NCBI RefSeq assembly: GCF_963921235.1
Contig: NC_086097.1
Span: 203,176,001-203,240,000, forward strand
DNA length: 64,000 nt
Origin: Mobula hypostoma
Taxonomy: Eukaryota
Reading direction: 5' to 3'
Shown piece by piece: positions 13,909 through 26,281 of the stretch. Within the stretch, counting starts at the first letter, position 1; the number at the start of each line of letters is the position of its first letter. The notes below the pieces were generated by a model. It did no database searches. It saw only the letters and a program-made list of their open reading frames with translations, and was not told the DNA's origin. A program made the position numbers and the translations under genes.

Positions 13909-14417
13909 ATAAAAAGTCTGTGGTGGCCAGTGCTCTCATGTTTGCTGTTGTGTGCTGGGGCAGCAGGCTGAGGGTAGCAGACACCAGCAGAGTCAACAAA
14001 CTCATTCGTAAGGCCAGTGATGTTGTGGGGATGGAAGTGGACTCTCTGACGGTGGTGTCTGAAAAGAGGGTGCTGTCCAAGTTGCATGCCATCTTGGACA
14101 ATGTCTCCCATCCACTACATAATGTACTGGTTGGGCACAGGAGTACATTCAGCCAGAGACTCATTCCACCGAGATGCAACACAGAGCGTCATAGGAAGTC
14201 ATTCCTGCCTGTGGCCATCAAACTTTACAACTTCTCCCCTGGACGGTCAGACACCCTGAGCCAATAGGCTGGTCCTGGACTTATTTCCTGGCACAATTTA
14301 CATATTTACATATTACTATTTAACTATTTATGGTTTTATTACTATTTATTATTTATGGTGCAACTGTAACAAAAACCAATTTCCCCCGGGATCAATAAAG
14401 TATGACTATGAGTATGA
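13909..14417 (+). mobile_element. young Rex/Babar family 3' end (copy 1)
   Basis: AVVCWGSRLRVADT..SHPLH..RHRKSFLPVAIKLYN; AATAAA followed by (atgact)n tail. Confidence 0.85.
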
Positions 14418-14879
14418 AATCGACTCCAACTTCTTCCCAACCACTGAGGTCAGACTAACAGGCCTATAATTTCCTTTATTCTACCACCCTCCCTTCTTGA
14501 AGAGTGGAGTGACATTTGCACAGAATCTCATGTCTACCCCTCTAACTATGGAATCCCCTGTCACCACTGTGCCAGAGACCCAATCCCTGCAGCTCCCACC
14601 AGTAGGTCATCCTCCTCAACACTTTCCAAAGTGGTACACTTATAAATGAGGGGTATGGCCACAGGGATACTCTGCACTGGCTGCCATTTCCTTTCTCTCT
14701 TCTGATAGTCACCCAGTTACCTGCCTCCTGGAACAAACTACAGGGGCTGACTACCTCCCTGTATCACCAATCTATCACATCCTCAGTTTCCCAAATGAGC
14801 CGAAGGTCATCAAGCTGCAGCTCCAGTTCCCTAACAGGTTATCTGAAGAGCAGCAGTTCAGAAATTCAATTTACTTATA

Positions 14880-15510
14880 AATACATAAGCAATAAATAAA
14901 GAACGCAAGATGGAGAGTCGTTGAAAGTGAGCCTAGGTTGTGGGAACAGTTCAGTATTGGGGTGAGTGGGTATCCCCTCTGGGTAAGTATCCTGATGGCT
15001 CAGGGGTAATAATTCTTCCTGAAACTCGTGGTTCTGAGGCTCCTGTACCTTCTTCCTAATAGCAGCAACAAGAAAAGACCATGGTCTGGATGGTAGGGGT
15101 TCTTGATGATGGTTGCTGCTTGCCTATGACAGCACTCCATGTAGATATGTTCAATGGTGGGGAGGGCTTTACCCATGATGGACTGGGCCATATCCACTAC
15201 TTTTGTTTAGGATTTTCCTATCAAGGGAATTGGTGTTTCCATACCAGGCCATGATGCAATTAGTCAATATACTCTCCACCACACATCTATAGAGGTTAGT
15301 CAAAGTTTTAAATGGCTTGCTGAATCTTGGCAACCTTCTAAGAAAGTAGAGGCACTGCCATGCTTTCTTCATAATGGCACGAGGAATTTAAAGTTGCTGA
15401 CCCTCTCCATCTCTGATCCCCTGATGAAGACTGGCTCATGGACCTAGGGTTTCCTCCTCCCGAAGTCAATAAAAAGCTTCTTGGTCTTGCTGACATTGAG
15501 TGAGAGTGCA
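14880..15510 (-). mobile_element. Rex/Babar LINE fragment
   Basis: KKAWQCLYFLRRL..YRCVVESILTNCIMAWYGN motifs. Confidence 0.78.
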
Positions 15511-15547
15511 ACCTCACCGTTCAAATGAAAATAACTTAGTTCTAATG

Positions 15548-16293
15548 AACAACACACATCAAAGTTGCTGGTGAACGCAGCAGGCCAGGCAGCATCTATA
15601 GGAAGAGGCGCAGTCGACGTTTCAGGCCGAGACCCTTCGTCAGGACTAACTGAAGGAAGAGTGAGTAAGGGATTTGAAAGCTGGAGGGGGAGGGGGAGAT
15701 GCAAAATGATAGGAGAAGACAGGAGGGGGAGGGATGGAGCCGAGAGCTGGACAGGTGATAGGCAGAAGGGGATACGAGAGGATCATGGGACAGGAGGTCC
15801 GGGAAGAAAGACGGGGGGGGGGGTGACCCAGAGGATGGGCAAGAGGTATATTCAGAGGGATAGAGGGAGAAAAAGGAGAGTGAGAGAAAGAATGTGTGCA
15901 TAAAAAAGAGTAACAGATGAAGCCACACTCAGGTTGGAGGAACAACACCTTATATTCCGTATGGGTAGCCTCCAACCTGATGGCATGAACATTGACTTCT
16001 CTAACTTCCGCTAGGCCCCACCTCCCCCTCGTACCCCATCTGTTACTCTTTTTTATGCACACATTCTTTCTCTCACTCTCCTTTTTCTCCCTCTGTCCCT
16101 CTGAATATACCTCTTGCCCATCCTCTGGGTCCCCCCCCCCCCCGTCTTTCTTCCCGGACCTCCTGTCCCATGATCCTCTCGTATCCCCTTCTGCCTATCA
16201 CCTGTCCAGCTCTCGGCTCCATCCCTCCCCCTCCTGTCTTCTCCTATCATTTTGCATCTCCCCCTCCCCCTCCAGCTTTCAAATCCCTTACTC
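15548..16293. mobile_element. Penelope-like element 3' region in fold-back arrangement, right end truncated
   Basis: near-perfect inverted arms 15660-15920 / 16036-16293; spacer encodes the GIY-YIG EN C-terminus LRLEEQHLIFRMGSLQPDGMNIDFSNFR*. Confidence 0.85.
15612..15647 (-). ncRNA. minimal hammerhead ribozyme motif (PRKDC sense)
   Basis: AGUC CUGACGA AGGGUCUCGGCCU GAA ACGU C/GACU: conserved core, stem I AGUC:GACU, palindromic ACGU stem III, GUC cleavage triplet. Confidence 0.8.
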
Positions 16294-17566
16294 ACGATCC
16301 CCATGCAATCTGACAGAGCTTGAGTAGTTTTGTAAAAAAGAATGGGGAAAAATTGCATGTGGATCGTGAGTGAACAGTCCTTTTCAAGTCTAGTCACAAA
16401 TTCTTAATTAGATTGAGGTCTTGACTCTGACTTGGCCTCTCCAGAACATTAACTTTGTTGTTTTTAAGCCATTCCTGTGTAGCTTTGGCTTTATGCTTAG
16501 GGGTCATTGTCTTGCTGGAAAACACATCTTCTCCCAAGTGCAGTTCTCTTGCAGGCTGCATCAGGATTTCCATGTATTTTGCTGCATTCAGTTTACCCTC
16601 TACCTTCACAAGTCTTCCAGGGCCTGCAACAGTGAAGCATCCCCACAGCATGATGCAGCCACCACCGTGCTTCACAGTACAGATGGTGTTTTTATGATGA
16701 TGTGCAGTGTTAGGCTTATGCCAAACATAGCGTATAGCCTGATGGCCAAAAAGCTCAATTTTGGTTTCATCAGACCACAGAATCTTTTTCCAGCTGACTT
16801 CAAAGTTTCCCACATGCCTTCTGGAAAAACTCTAGCCGAGCTTTCATGTGAGATTTTTTTCAACAGTGGCTTTCTCTTTGTTACTCTTCCAGGAAGCTGT
16901 GACTGGTGAAGCACCCAGGCAACAGTTGCTGTCTGCGCAGTCTCTCCCATCTCAGCCACTGAAGCTTGTAACTCCTCCAGAGTTGTCCTAGTTCTCTTGG
17001 TGGCCTCCTCACTAGTCCCCTTCTTGCACGGTCACTCAGTTTTTGAGCAGGGGGGATGCCTGCTCTAAGCAGATTTACAGCTATACCATACTTTCCATTT
17101 CTTGATGATTCATTCAGTGACGGAAATGTTCTTGAATCCATCTGACTTGTGCTTTTCAATAACCTTTTCATGGAGTTCTTCATGGTGTGTTTTTTTTCCT
17201 GGATATTGACTCACCAGCATTCGATGTTCCAGATACAGGTGTTTTTTACTACGATCAATTGAAACACCTTGGCCGCACACAATGATCTCCATTTAACTAA
17301 TTATGAGACTTCTAAAACCAATTGACTGCACTAGTGATGATCTGCTGCGTCGTATTATAGGGGATGAATACTTAAGCAATTAATTATTTTATGTTTCATA
17401 TTTGTAATTAATTTATATCACTTTGTAGAGATCTGTTTTCACTTTGACACAAAAGTGTCTTTTTCTGTTGATCAGTGTCAAAAAAAAAGCCAAATTAAAT
17501 CCACTGTGATTGAATGTTGTAAAACACTAAAACTTCCAAGGGGGTGAGTACTTTTTATGGGCAGTG
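16289..17566 (-). mobile_element. Tc1-family DNA transposon, decayed, one end lost
   Basis: WSDETKIELFG, TVKHGGGCIMLWGCF, PSQSQDLNLIKNL; terminus cagtg followed by TA at 17567. Confidence 0.9.
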
Positions 17567-17587
17567 TATCTCAAACTGATCACCACT

Positions 17588-18035
17588 TCAGAATCAGAAT
17601 CAGGTTTAATATCACTGGCATATGTCATGAAATCTGTTGTTTTGAGGCTGCAGTACTTTGTAATAAAAACTATAAATTACAATAAAAAGTATATATAAAA
17701 ACATTAATTACATAAGCTGTGCAAAAAGAGAAGAAAAAGTACAGAGAACGTGTTCATTGACCATTCAGAAATCTGATAGCGGAGGGATAGTGGCTTCTGA
17801 AAAATTGAGTGTGTGTCTTCAGGCTCCTGTACCACCACCTTGACGGCAGCAATGAGAAGAGGGCACGTCCTGTGTGATGGGGGTCCTTAATGAAGGATGC
17901 CGCCTTTTTGAGGAACCTCTTTTTGAAGGTGTCTTGGATGCTGAAGAGGCTAGTGCCTATGATGAAGCTGGCTGAGTTTACAACTTCCTGTAGTTTTTTC
18001 TGAACCTGAGCCCCTCCATACCACACAGAGCCAAT
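17588..18035 (-). mobile_element. Rex/Babar LINE 3' end
   Basis: (cagaat)n tail; KKAASFIKDPHHTGRALFSLLPS. Confidence 0.8.
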
Positions 18036-19247
18036 TTGAAAGTTTTTTTTTTGCAAGAGTAGAGACATGGAGCACTGAGGTGACTACCCATGGCGTTTTG
18101 GGTATCAAAAGAAACCATGCAGCGGTGTGGGAAATGGGGCGGTCTTCACAGCCTAGAAATGGAGATGGGTAAATTCCTATCATTCCCAGCCTACAGGAGT
18201 CATTTATTCAGCTATTTCAATAGAAAACCAACTACTCCTGTTTCAGTTTCACTGCTGAACTTATCAAATTCTGTATGACGTATGTGACAGAGGGATGTAG
18301 ACAAGCAGATTGAGAGGGCGAGGGCAAGAGCAAGGCAGATGGTAGTTAGCAAGAAAATATGTGAGATCATCCGCAGAGAAGCAGAAGTTATGTTAAATGG
18401 AGAGCAATTAGGTATTAGGTGTAAAAAGACCAAGATGTTCTCGTGAAAGCCACCATGCATGAGCAGCAGATGATTGGGCGGCCAAATAATATGTGAGCTT
18501 TTATTACTAGACACAGACATAAATTAATAGCAAACAGATACAGACGTGAATGTGGGGTTAAGCACTGTCTGCAAGGCAAAAGAAAACACTGATGGATTTC
18601 ACAAGGAGATTGGAAAAACACCTAAAGAATGTCATAGAAAATGTGGGCAAATGGGACATACATCAAGCCTGCATGATTTGACGGACAGAATGGTCTTCAG
18701 AACCATCATAATTGTATGATTTTGTTCAATGAAATAGAAGGACAAATTTCTTACCAAATAAATCAACCAACCCCATTAAAAAGAAAACATTAAATAGGGA
18801 TTCATGAGCTACACCATGGAATGGTCATATGTCTGAGACACAGCCATCTTCACTTCTTGCAATATTGGGAAAGACTGACTAGTAAAAGTATAAAATGACT
18901 TCTTCAAACCCAGTATCCTTTCATCACAGCTGAGCAGCAGATTAACTGGCTGTTATATCTTAACCAAAGGTGCTAACGTAATTCGACTTCATTTGCCCCA
19001 TCATTGAAATGTTCCCACAACCTATGGATTCAACTTCAAGGTCCCTTCATCTCACATTCTCGATATTAATTGCTTATCTACTTATTATTATTATTTCTTT
19101 TGTTTTGTACTTGCAGAGTTTGTGGTCTTTTCCACACTGGTTGAATGTCCATGTCGGTACGGTCTTTCACTGACTCTATTATGATTATTATTCTACCATG
19201 CATTTGTTAAGTATGCCCGTAAGAAAACAAATCTCAGGGTTGTATAT

Positions 19248-19681
19248 AACAGGAATTCTGCAGATGCTGGAAATTCAAGCAACACACATCAAAGTTGCTG
19301 GTGAACGCAGCAGGCCAAGCAGCATCCATAGGAAGAGGTGCAGTCGACGTTTCAGGCCGAGACTCCCTCTGTCCCTCTGAATATACCTCTTGCCCATCCT
19401 CTGGGTCACCCCCCCCCTGTCTTTCTTCCCGGACCTCCTGTCCCATGATCCTCTCGTATCCCCTTTTGCCTATCACCTGTCCAGCTCTCGGCTCTATCCC
19501 TCCCCCTCCTGTCTTCTCCTATCATTTTGCATCTCCCCTTCCCCCTCCAACTTTCAAATCCCTTACTCACTCTTCCTTCAGTTAGTCCTGATGAAGGGTC
19601 TCGGCCTGAAACGTCGACTGCACCTCTTCCTACAGATGCTGCTTGGCCTGCTGCGTTCACCAGCAACTTTGATGTGTGTTG
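19248..19681. mobile_element. Penelope-like fold-back insertion with 14-bp TSD
   Basis: TSD tcagggttgtatat at 19234-19247 and 19682-19695; inverted terminal arms. Confidence 0.88.
19584..19619 (+). ncRNA. minimal hammerhead ribozyme motif
   Basis: AGUC CUGAUGA AGGGUCUCGGCCU GAAACGUC/GACU, canonical CUGAUGA core. Confidence 0.8.
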
Positions 19682-19822
19682 TCAGGGTTGTATATGGTGA
19701 CATGTATGTACTTTGATAATAAATTTACTTTGAATGGTATAAACCAACAGAGTTGAGAATAATATTTCAAAACACTGATATGGAAGGTACTGTAAGTCAA
19801 AAGGCTGGGGAAATATACTAAC

Positions 19823-19942
19823 CTGTACTGCAGGAACAAAAGTCTTGACATCAAGTTCAATTATTTCATGAGGCAGGGAGAGCACAAAAGTCAGACAGGA
19901 AGCTAGTAACTCATCCTTGTACTGTTTCATTCTCAGCGCCAG
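19823..19942 (-). CDS. PRKDC: DNA-PKcs exon (~exon 20), 120 nt
   Basis: tag|[40 protein letters not shown]|gttagt. Confidence 0.96.
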
Positions 19943-20889
19943 CTACAACAAATAATGTGACAAAGTGTGAGATTAGGCTCATTGTACATAAAATCCCTTA
20001 TTTGTGCATCAGTCAATATTGTTTACCTTTTCCATTTATTGTTTTCATATTATCCTATTTTCTTTATCATTTTAAAATAAAATGTTCATTTCATTTTTCA
20101 TTGCCCCTGAAATGTAATAAGTACTTGCGAGCTTTGAAAGATGCCAAAGCTGGAAGCATGACTTTGTCGCCAGTCAAAGGCTGTTACACAGCAGCTTCAT
20201 GGACAAGTCTTATTTGGGCTCACCCATCTGACCCACATCTATTATATAAAATCCAGGCTCTGTTGATTCGGTCTCAGAGCACTCATTAACAACTTATTCA
20301 TAAAGGACATATACAGAGCAGAGAGTGTGTATATTTCAGCGGTGAGTAGCAATCAGCAAAACCTAGGGCTTATTTTGGTGCCTCTCAGGGTTTTTCTTAT
20401 TCAAGAATATAAAACATGGGGAAAAGCAGCATTATTTCCATCAGATAAATAGAATCCATGATTTTAAAAAATCTCAAGGAAAACCAGTGCCTCTGCTTGC
20501 AATAAAATGATTGAAATACCACTCAATTAACAACGGCTGTAGAAAAGGAATTAATCTTAAAGAGCTTATGATAGGGCAAAATTTTCATTCAACATTTTTT
20601 TCAGTTTCTTAACATAAAAATGATCAACTCTTTATTCAGGGTCTAATAACAAGAAATATGCAATTATAATGCTTTGCAAGTCTTTTTCAACATGCCCAAA
20701 ATCAGTTCAAAGGTGATGGAGTAAAGCCACCATTATATTATGAGAAAGGGGACAGTGCACATGTGCACAATAAATTCCCACAATCAACAATGAGAAAATA
20801 CATAAATATTCTCTTTCATAACAATAATAGGAATAAATGTGGGCAAAGATTCTGGGGATAACTTCTTAAACATCATGCTTATTCAAGGA

Positions 20890-21060
20890 CAACGGTAGGA
20901 TGCAGTTAGTAGTGCTGCAGCATCACATTTTTCAGTGGCCTAAACGTGAACCTTCCATATTCTTTCTGTTTGCCCTGGATATTCCTGCTTCCTCCCAAAT
21001 CCAAGGAGGTGCACTTGGTAAGTTCTTTAGCCACTGTAATTTGGCCATAGCACGTGGGCC
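20890..21060 (+). mobile_element. degenerate V-SINE/HE1-like SINE remnant
   Basis: cttcctcccaaatccaaggaggtgcac..ggtaagtt..gccactgtaatttggcc resembles the V-domain as recalled. Confidence 0.4.
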
Positions 21061-21193
21061 AAAAAGTCAAAACACAAGTTTTCTTTTATTATTCTAATTA
21101 CCTGATCATCTGACATTTTTAATAACTAAATCTCACATTGCCAGCTTCTTTAAATATTGATGATTCATGTTAGTGCAAAAAAAAAGTAATTAT

Positions 21194-22121
21194 ACTAGAC
21201 AACAGATTTTTTTCTGAAGTGTTGCTTCCTCAGAATTTTTTTTGTTTATGACAGACTGCTTGAAGCTCAACTCAAATATAACTTCAGGCAACTTGTATCA
21301 CATAGGAAATTGCAGAAACAAGAAATTAACTTTTACTGAATATAATGTGTTTAATTGCATCACAGTGCTGACGCATTGCAATCGTTCAATTAAGCTAAAA
21401 ATGTTTCGTTGATGATTTTCATTTGCACCTAAGTGTCTGATGCTTCTCGCTTAACTGTCCAACAATAATCAGCCAACATTGATGGATTCCAGTTGCCCTG
21501 ATACCGTTTCTCCATGCCTACAATGTACTGGAGAAACCTTTCACCATGCTTATCACTGACAGCCCCAAGATTTGCAGGGAAGAAATGTAAATGAATCTTT
21601 ATTGACATGTTGTATTTCATGGTTTTGTATGGCTAAAGCATGTTGTCAACCAGCTGCACATAGTTTGGTGTTCTATAGTTGTCAAGTAATCCTTCAACAT
21701 CCTTGAATGCCTTCCATGTGATTTTCTCCAGTCCCACTAGAAGTTCTTTGAATTGCCTGTCATTGATGATCTGTTTGATTTGTGGACCAACAAAAATGCA
21801 TTCCTTAATCTTGACATCAGTTATTCTGCTTGACATCAGTTATTCTGGGAAACATCTGTCTCAAGTTTCAAAATCCTTCACGGAAAGGTATAGCCTTTCT
21901 AAAACCTGTCCTGCTATGCAGTATTTGTCCTGCCTAAGCATGCCCAGGTATGCCTGGACAAGATATTGTGGGCAACATTTTAATTTACTTGAATTATGAA
22001 ATAGCTGATTTTTTTAAATGGTGCATAATAGGGAAATTTCATGGAGATTTTCATGATCAGCAGCCCGAAATCCATAAGATACACCAAAGTATTAAGGAAG
22101 CAAAATCTTTGTCGTCCGGCA
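21194..22121. mobile_element. Chapaev3/CMC-like DNA transposon, internally deleted and rearranged
   Basis: transposase motifs IFVGPQIK and FFPANLGAVSDKHGERF..EKRYQGNWNPSMLADYCW on - strand; degenerate TIRs tactagacaaca / tgtcgtccggca; superfamily name recalled from memory. Confidence 0.65.
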
Positions 22122-22213
22122 TTATCAGTGGTTAGCAACAAACAACCTGCACAGAAGAATCTAACTTTTCCTGCAGTACAAAGGTATTCAAAAGCTTTTC
22201 TGACATCACTTAC

Positions 22214-22300
22214 CTCCTTTCCAAACTTGCCAAATAAAGCAAAACAGGCAAACTTTTCTGGGTTCCTGGGGCAATGTTTTTGCGATTTTCTGTTAATACC
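22214..22300 (-). CDS. PRKDC: DNA-PKcs exon (~exon 19), 87 nt
   Basis: tag|GINRKSQKHCPRNPEKFACFALFGKFGKE|gtaagt. Confidence 0.95.
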
Positions 22301-22699
22301 CTAGCAAAACACAAGTTTTCTAATGATCAGTCATCCAATTGAGACCAAAACAGCAAAGGCAACAAGTCACTTTTTCCACACACAGTACACGTAACTGCAT
22401 TCATAGAATGTGCAGCAAGGAGCAAGTAGCTGATACCAAGCTGGCTGTAAAAATCAAACACAGAGAGCGTCTGCCAAAGCAGGGAACAGCTGTTTGTAGC
22501 ATTCACCAGGCTAGGTGTATAAACTTCTATATTAACATTAATTTATAGAATTGGAAATAGAATTTCAGAATTTGCAAGCATCAACCAATTGGGCATGGTA
22601 GTTAATAAAGAAAGAATGAGAAATTTACATGAAGATATTAAAACTGGCAGAATGGGCATGTAACTGGCAAATTAATTTTCTCAGACATATGCACATGAG

Positions 22700-23580
22700 T
22701 ACAGTAGTGGAACCCAGTATGGTCTTTTGCTGCTGTAGCCCAACCACTTCAAGGTGTTGTGCGTTCAGAGATCCTATTCTGCACACCACTGTTGTAACTC
22801 GTGGTTCTTTGTGTTACTGATACCTTCCCAAAATCCTGATTGATAATTTACAGAACCTGAGCCTCTGTACCTTCCTCTGCAATTGGATCGTTGACTTCCT
22901 AACCGGAAGACCATAATTTGCGCCGATTGGTGATAATATCGCCTCCTCACTGATGATAAACACTGGTGAACCTCAAGGGTGTGTGCTTAGCCTACTGCTC
23001 TACTCTCTCTATACCCATGACTGTGTGGCTAGGTATAGCTCAAAAAAAAATCCATAAATTTGTTGATGATACCCGGGACATCTTCAAGGAGTGGTGTCTC
23101 AGAAAGGCAGCATCCATTATTAAGGACTCCCAGCACTCAGGGCATGCCCTTTTCTCACTGTTACCATCAGGTAGGAGGTACAGAAGCCTGAAGGCACACA
23201 CTCAGCGATTCAGGAACAGCTTCTTCCCCTCTGCCATCTGTTCACCAAATGGACATTGAACCCGTGAACACTACCTCATTTTTTCAATATATATTATTTC
23301 TGCTTTTGCACAAATATGCATATACTTTTATTTATCTATCTATTCAGTTATTCCATTTAATGTATTGCACTGAACTGCTACTGCTAAGTTAACAAATTTC
23401 ACGACACATGCCGGTGATAATAAAGCTGATTCTGATTCTGTCAGCTTAAACCAGTGTGACCATTCTCCTCTGATCTACCTCATTACAAGGTTTTGTCGCC
23501 CACTGAACTGCCGCTCACTGGATGTTCTTTTTTGCACCATTCTCTGGAAACTCTAGAGATGGTTGAGTGCGAAATCCCAA
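22700..23580. mobile_element. Tc1-derived fragment split by a Rex insertion (22830-23438, +)
   Basis: Rex QGCVLSLLLYSLY and AASIIKDSQHSGHALFS, tail tgattctgattct; the flanks join into a Tc1-like sequence. Confidence 0.65.
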
Positions 23581-24674
23581 CATTGGAAAGCACAGAAAAA
23601 GTTAAATTGGCAACAAAGTAAGGTCATCTTCAGATAACAATGAATGTTCTGCTCTCCATTTTATAAGAAAGGACAATAGTGACAATAGTACAGATATTCT
23701 CAACTTAGAGGAAACAATTAACACAAAAACATCAGCAGTCGGGGTGATTTTCTCCAGCAAATGGTGAGGAATGTCCTGACTGGGGTGTATAAATCTATGA
23801 CACTTTTTTTTGGACAGTCTTGGAGAAAATATTTTTGGCCTGGGTCTGGAAAGAAGTTGAGATTTTAAGACTGGTAATAGATCCAATATGGATATCAGCA
23901 GAAATACCTTATCCCAAGAGCTTTTACAAAGCAGCATAATACTGGATCAATCTTTTAAAGGCAGAAGAGGTGGAATATGTTTTATGATTAACTCATCATG
24001 GTGGACAGATGTGGCAGTTCTGTTTCATTCCTGTTCACTCGACCTAGAATACCTAGTAGTCAGGCATCCTCCATTTTATCTGCTAAGGGAGTGTTCCACC
24101 TCAGGCCAACGTCAGACAGCCACTGAAGAGCTGAGCACTGTCATCAGCAGTCATGAAACAGCACCCCCGGATACCCTCCCCGTCATTGTGGGGGATTTCA
24201 ACCAGGCCAGCTTGAAGAGATCTCTGAACAGCTACCATCAACATATCACCTGCAGAACCAGAGGAGCCACCACATTTGATCACAGTTAGACCACCATCAA
24301 GCACACTTACTGTGCCATCCCATGACCGCACTTCAGAAAGTCTGATCATCTGACTGTACCTCTACTCCCAGTGACTGAAGACTGCAGCACCAGCGGTGAG
24401 GACCAAGACGGTATGGTCAAGATAGGTGGATAGGTGCTTACAGGACAATATTCAGAAACTCACCTTTGGATCTGAATGAATACACGATTGTCACTAGACT
24501 TCATCAAGATCTGTGTGGATGGGGGCGGGGGGGACGTCACGTGATGACGTAGGATTGAGACATGGAAATCAAGCTCTCCCGTAAAAAATCAGCAAAGTAC
24601 CGTTTAAACAAAGAAAAGTTAATAAATAGTTTTTGAAAACTACTTATAAACTAGTCAAGACTATTTTTATCGAT

Positions 24675-25800
24675 ATGCCTCGTAAACAGAAACAGAAGAA
24701 GACTGCCGTTTTGATGACACCGCGAGATGGGAAGGAAAGAGGACCTACTACAGCGATGGAACCTCGGGCTCAGGTTGGATCTCCTTCGGAGGAGACACAT
24801 TTTATCTCTGGTGTTGAAGAACAGGGGGCAATGGCGGCGGCAGTGGTCCCTGGGACAAAGAAGTGGGAATTGCGCATGCGTAAAGAAATAGGCAAGTCGA
24901 ACTACAGGAACTGACTGCCACTGAAAGTGAAAGTGACCTGGAGTCAGATGCGGATTCCCCAGAGAAAACAGATGAAGAAGAGGAGGAAGAAGAACAAGAA
25001 GAGATTAAAAGCAAAGGGTATCCTGGAGACATAAGAGAGACTTCAGTGCAAATAATGCTTGAATTAAAAGGAATAAAAATAGAGGTTAAAAACATGAAGA
25101 TTAGGTATGATAAAGCTATGAGAAGACAGGAGAAAACGGATAAGAAACTTAAAAAGTTGGAAAGAACAATGGAGGATATCAACGATAGAGTGGAAAAAAC
25201 AGAAAATGATATTCTTGCCTGGAAAACAGAAAGAGATTGGTTGTGGGAAAAAAATGGATGTGCTGGAAAATTTTATTGGGTGAAATAATATTAAGATTGT
25301 TGGTCTTAAAGAAGGTATAGAGGGAGATAATCCAATAGAATTTCAAAGATGGATCCCGGAAAATTTGCAAATGGAAGAGGGAGATCGGTCAATTGAAATT
25401 GAACAGGTACATAGAGCTCTAAGACCAAAACCACAACACGACCAAAATCTGCGATCAATTTTAATAAAATGTTTAAGATTTCAAGACAAAAAAAGGATTC
25501 TACAGGCCGCTGCCCAAGCTGCCAAGAATAGAAAAGGGCCATCGATGATAGAAGGGAACAAAATTTTTTTCTACCCTGACATATGTAATGAGCTTTTGAA
25601 GAGAAGGAAGAAATTTAATCCAGTGAAAAAAGTCCTATGGGATCATGGTTATCAATTTATACTGCACTATCCTGCAACCTTAAAGATTTTTTTGGCTGGT
25701 GGAGAAAAAAGATTTTTTAATGATTACTGGATGGCGAAGGAGTTTGTGCGAGAATCTTTCAATACTCACCAGACACAAGAAGAAATCTTAGGGGAGCAAG
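24675..25800 (+). pseudogene. L1 ORF1p (frameshifted)
   Basis: MPRKQKQKK start, acidic tract, coiled coil, IEIEQVHRAL..IFFYPDI..YPATLKI motifs spread over several frames. Confidence 0.8.
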
Positions 25801-26281
25801 ATGGATTAAAGATGAAGGCTGGGACAGGGAATAGATTTGGTGGATTTTTAAAGGCGGAAGAATATATAAATATATTATTAATTATATGTTTGAGGGGAAG
25901 AAATGTAAAAGTTTGAGGAATATTAGTTGGGAATAGTGACATTAAATTTTTTTATATATATATAATTTTTTTTGTTACGGGGGAGCTGGAAGAAATACTG
26001 ACCAATCACTACGGGATTCATGTGTGCAATCGTGGTGACAGCCACGACCGGCAAAATGGAGGGAGGTAATGTTGTGGTTTTTTTCACTCACAACATTAGT
26101 AGGGGGGTATTTTGTTATTTTTCTTTTTATATTTTATCTATCTTTTATTTCTTTCTTTTTGCTTGGATGAGTGGGGGGGAAACACATAGCAACATGGTGA
26201 AGTTTAAAGAGATTCCCCAACGAACTATGAGACTTGAGATGTTAAGTAACCTTTTAGATTGGAGTAATTTTGTTAAGAATA

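Larger units (their letters stand above)
11772..14860 (-). mobile_element. CR1 LINE pieces interrupted by two insertions
   Basis: RT ORFs 12131..12442 and 13520..13900 (YLDFQKAFDKVP); 5'-region remnant at 14520-14860. Confidence 0.8.
19000..19735 (+). mobile_element. Rex-type LINE 3' UTR hosting a Penelope insertion
   Basis: tail gtgacatgtatgtactttgataataaatttactttgaa; reverse-strand relative at ~8040-8230. Confidence 0.6.

Noticed and set aside
15444..16397. cluster of overlapping ORFs on both strands (also at 19198-19716)
   Set aside because: These arise from low-complexity purine/pyrimidine pseudo-LTR sequence in inverted copies; only the short GIY-YIG C-terminus is real coding remnant.
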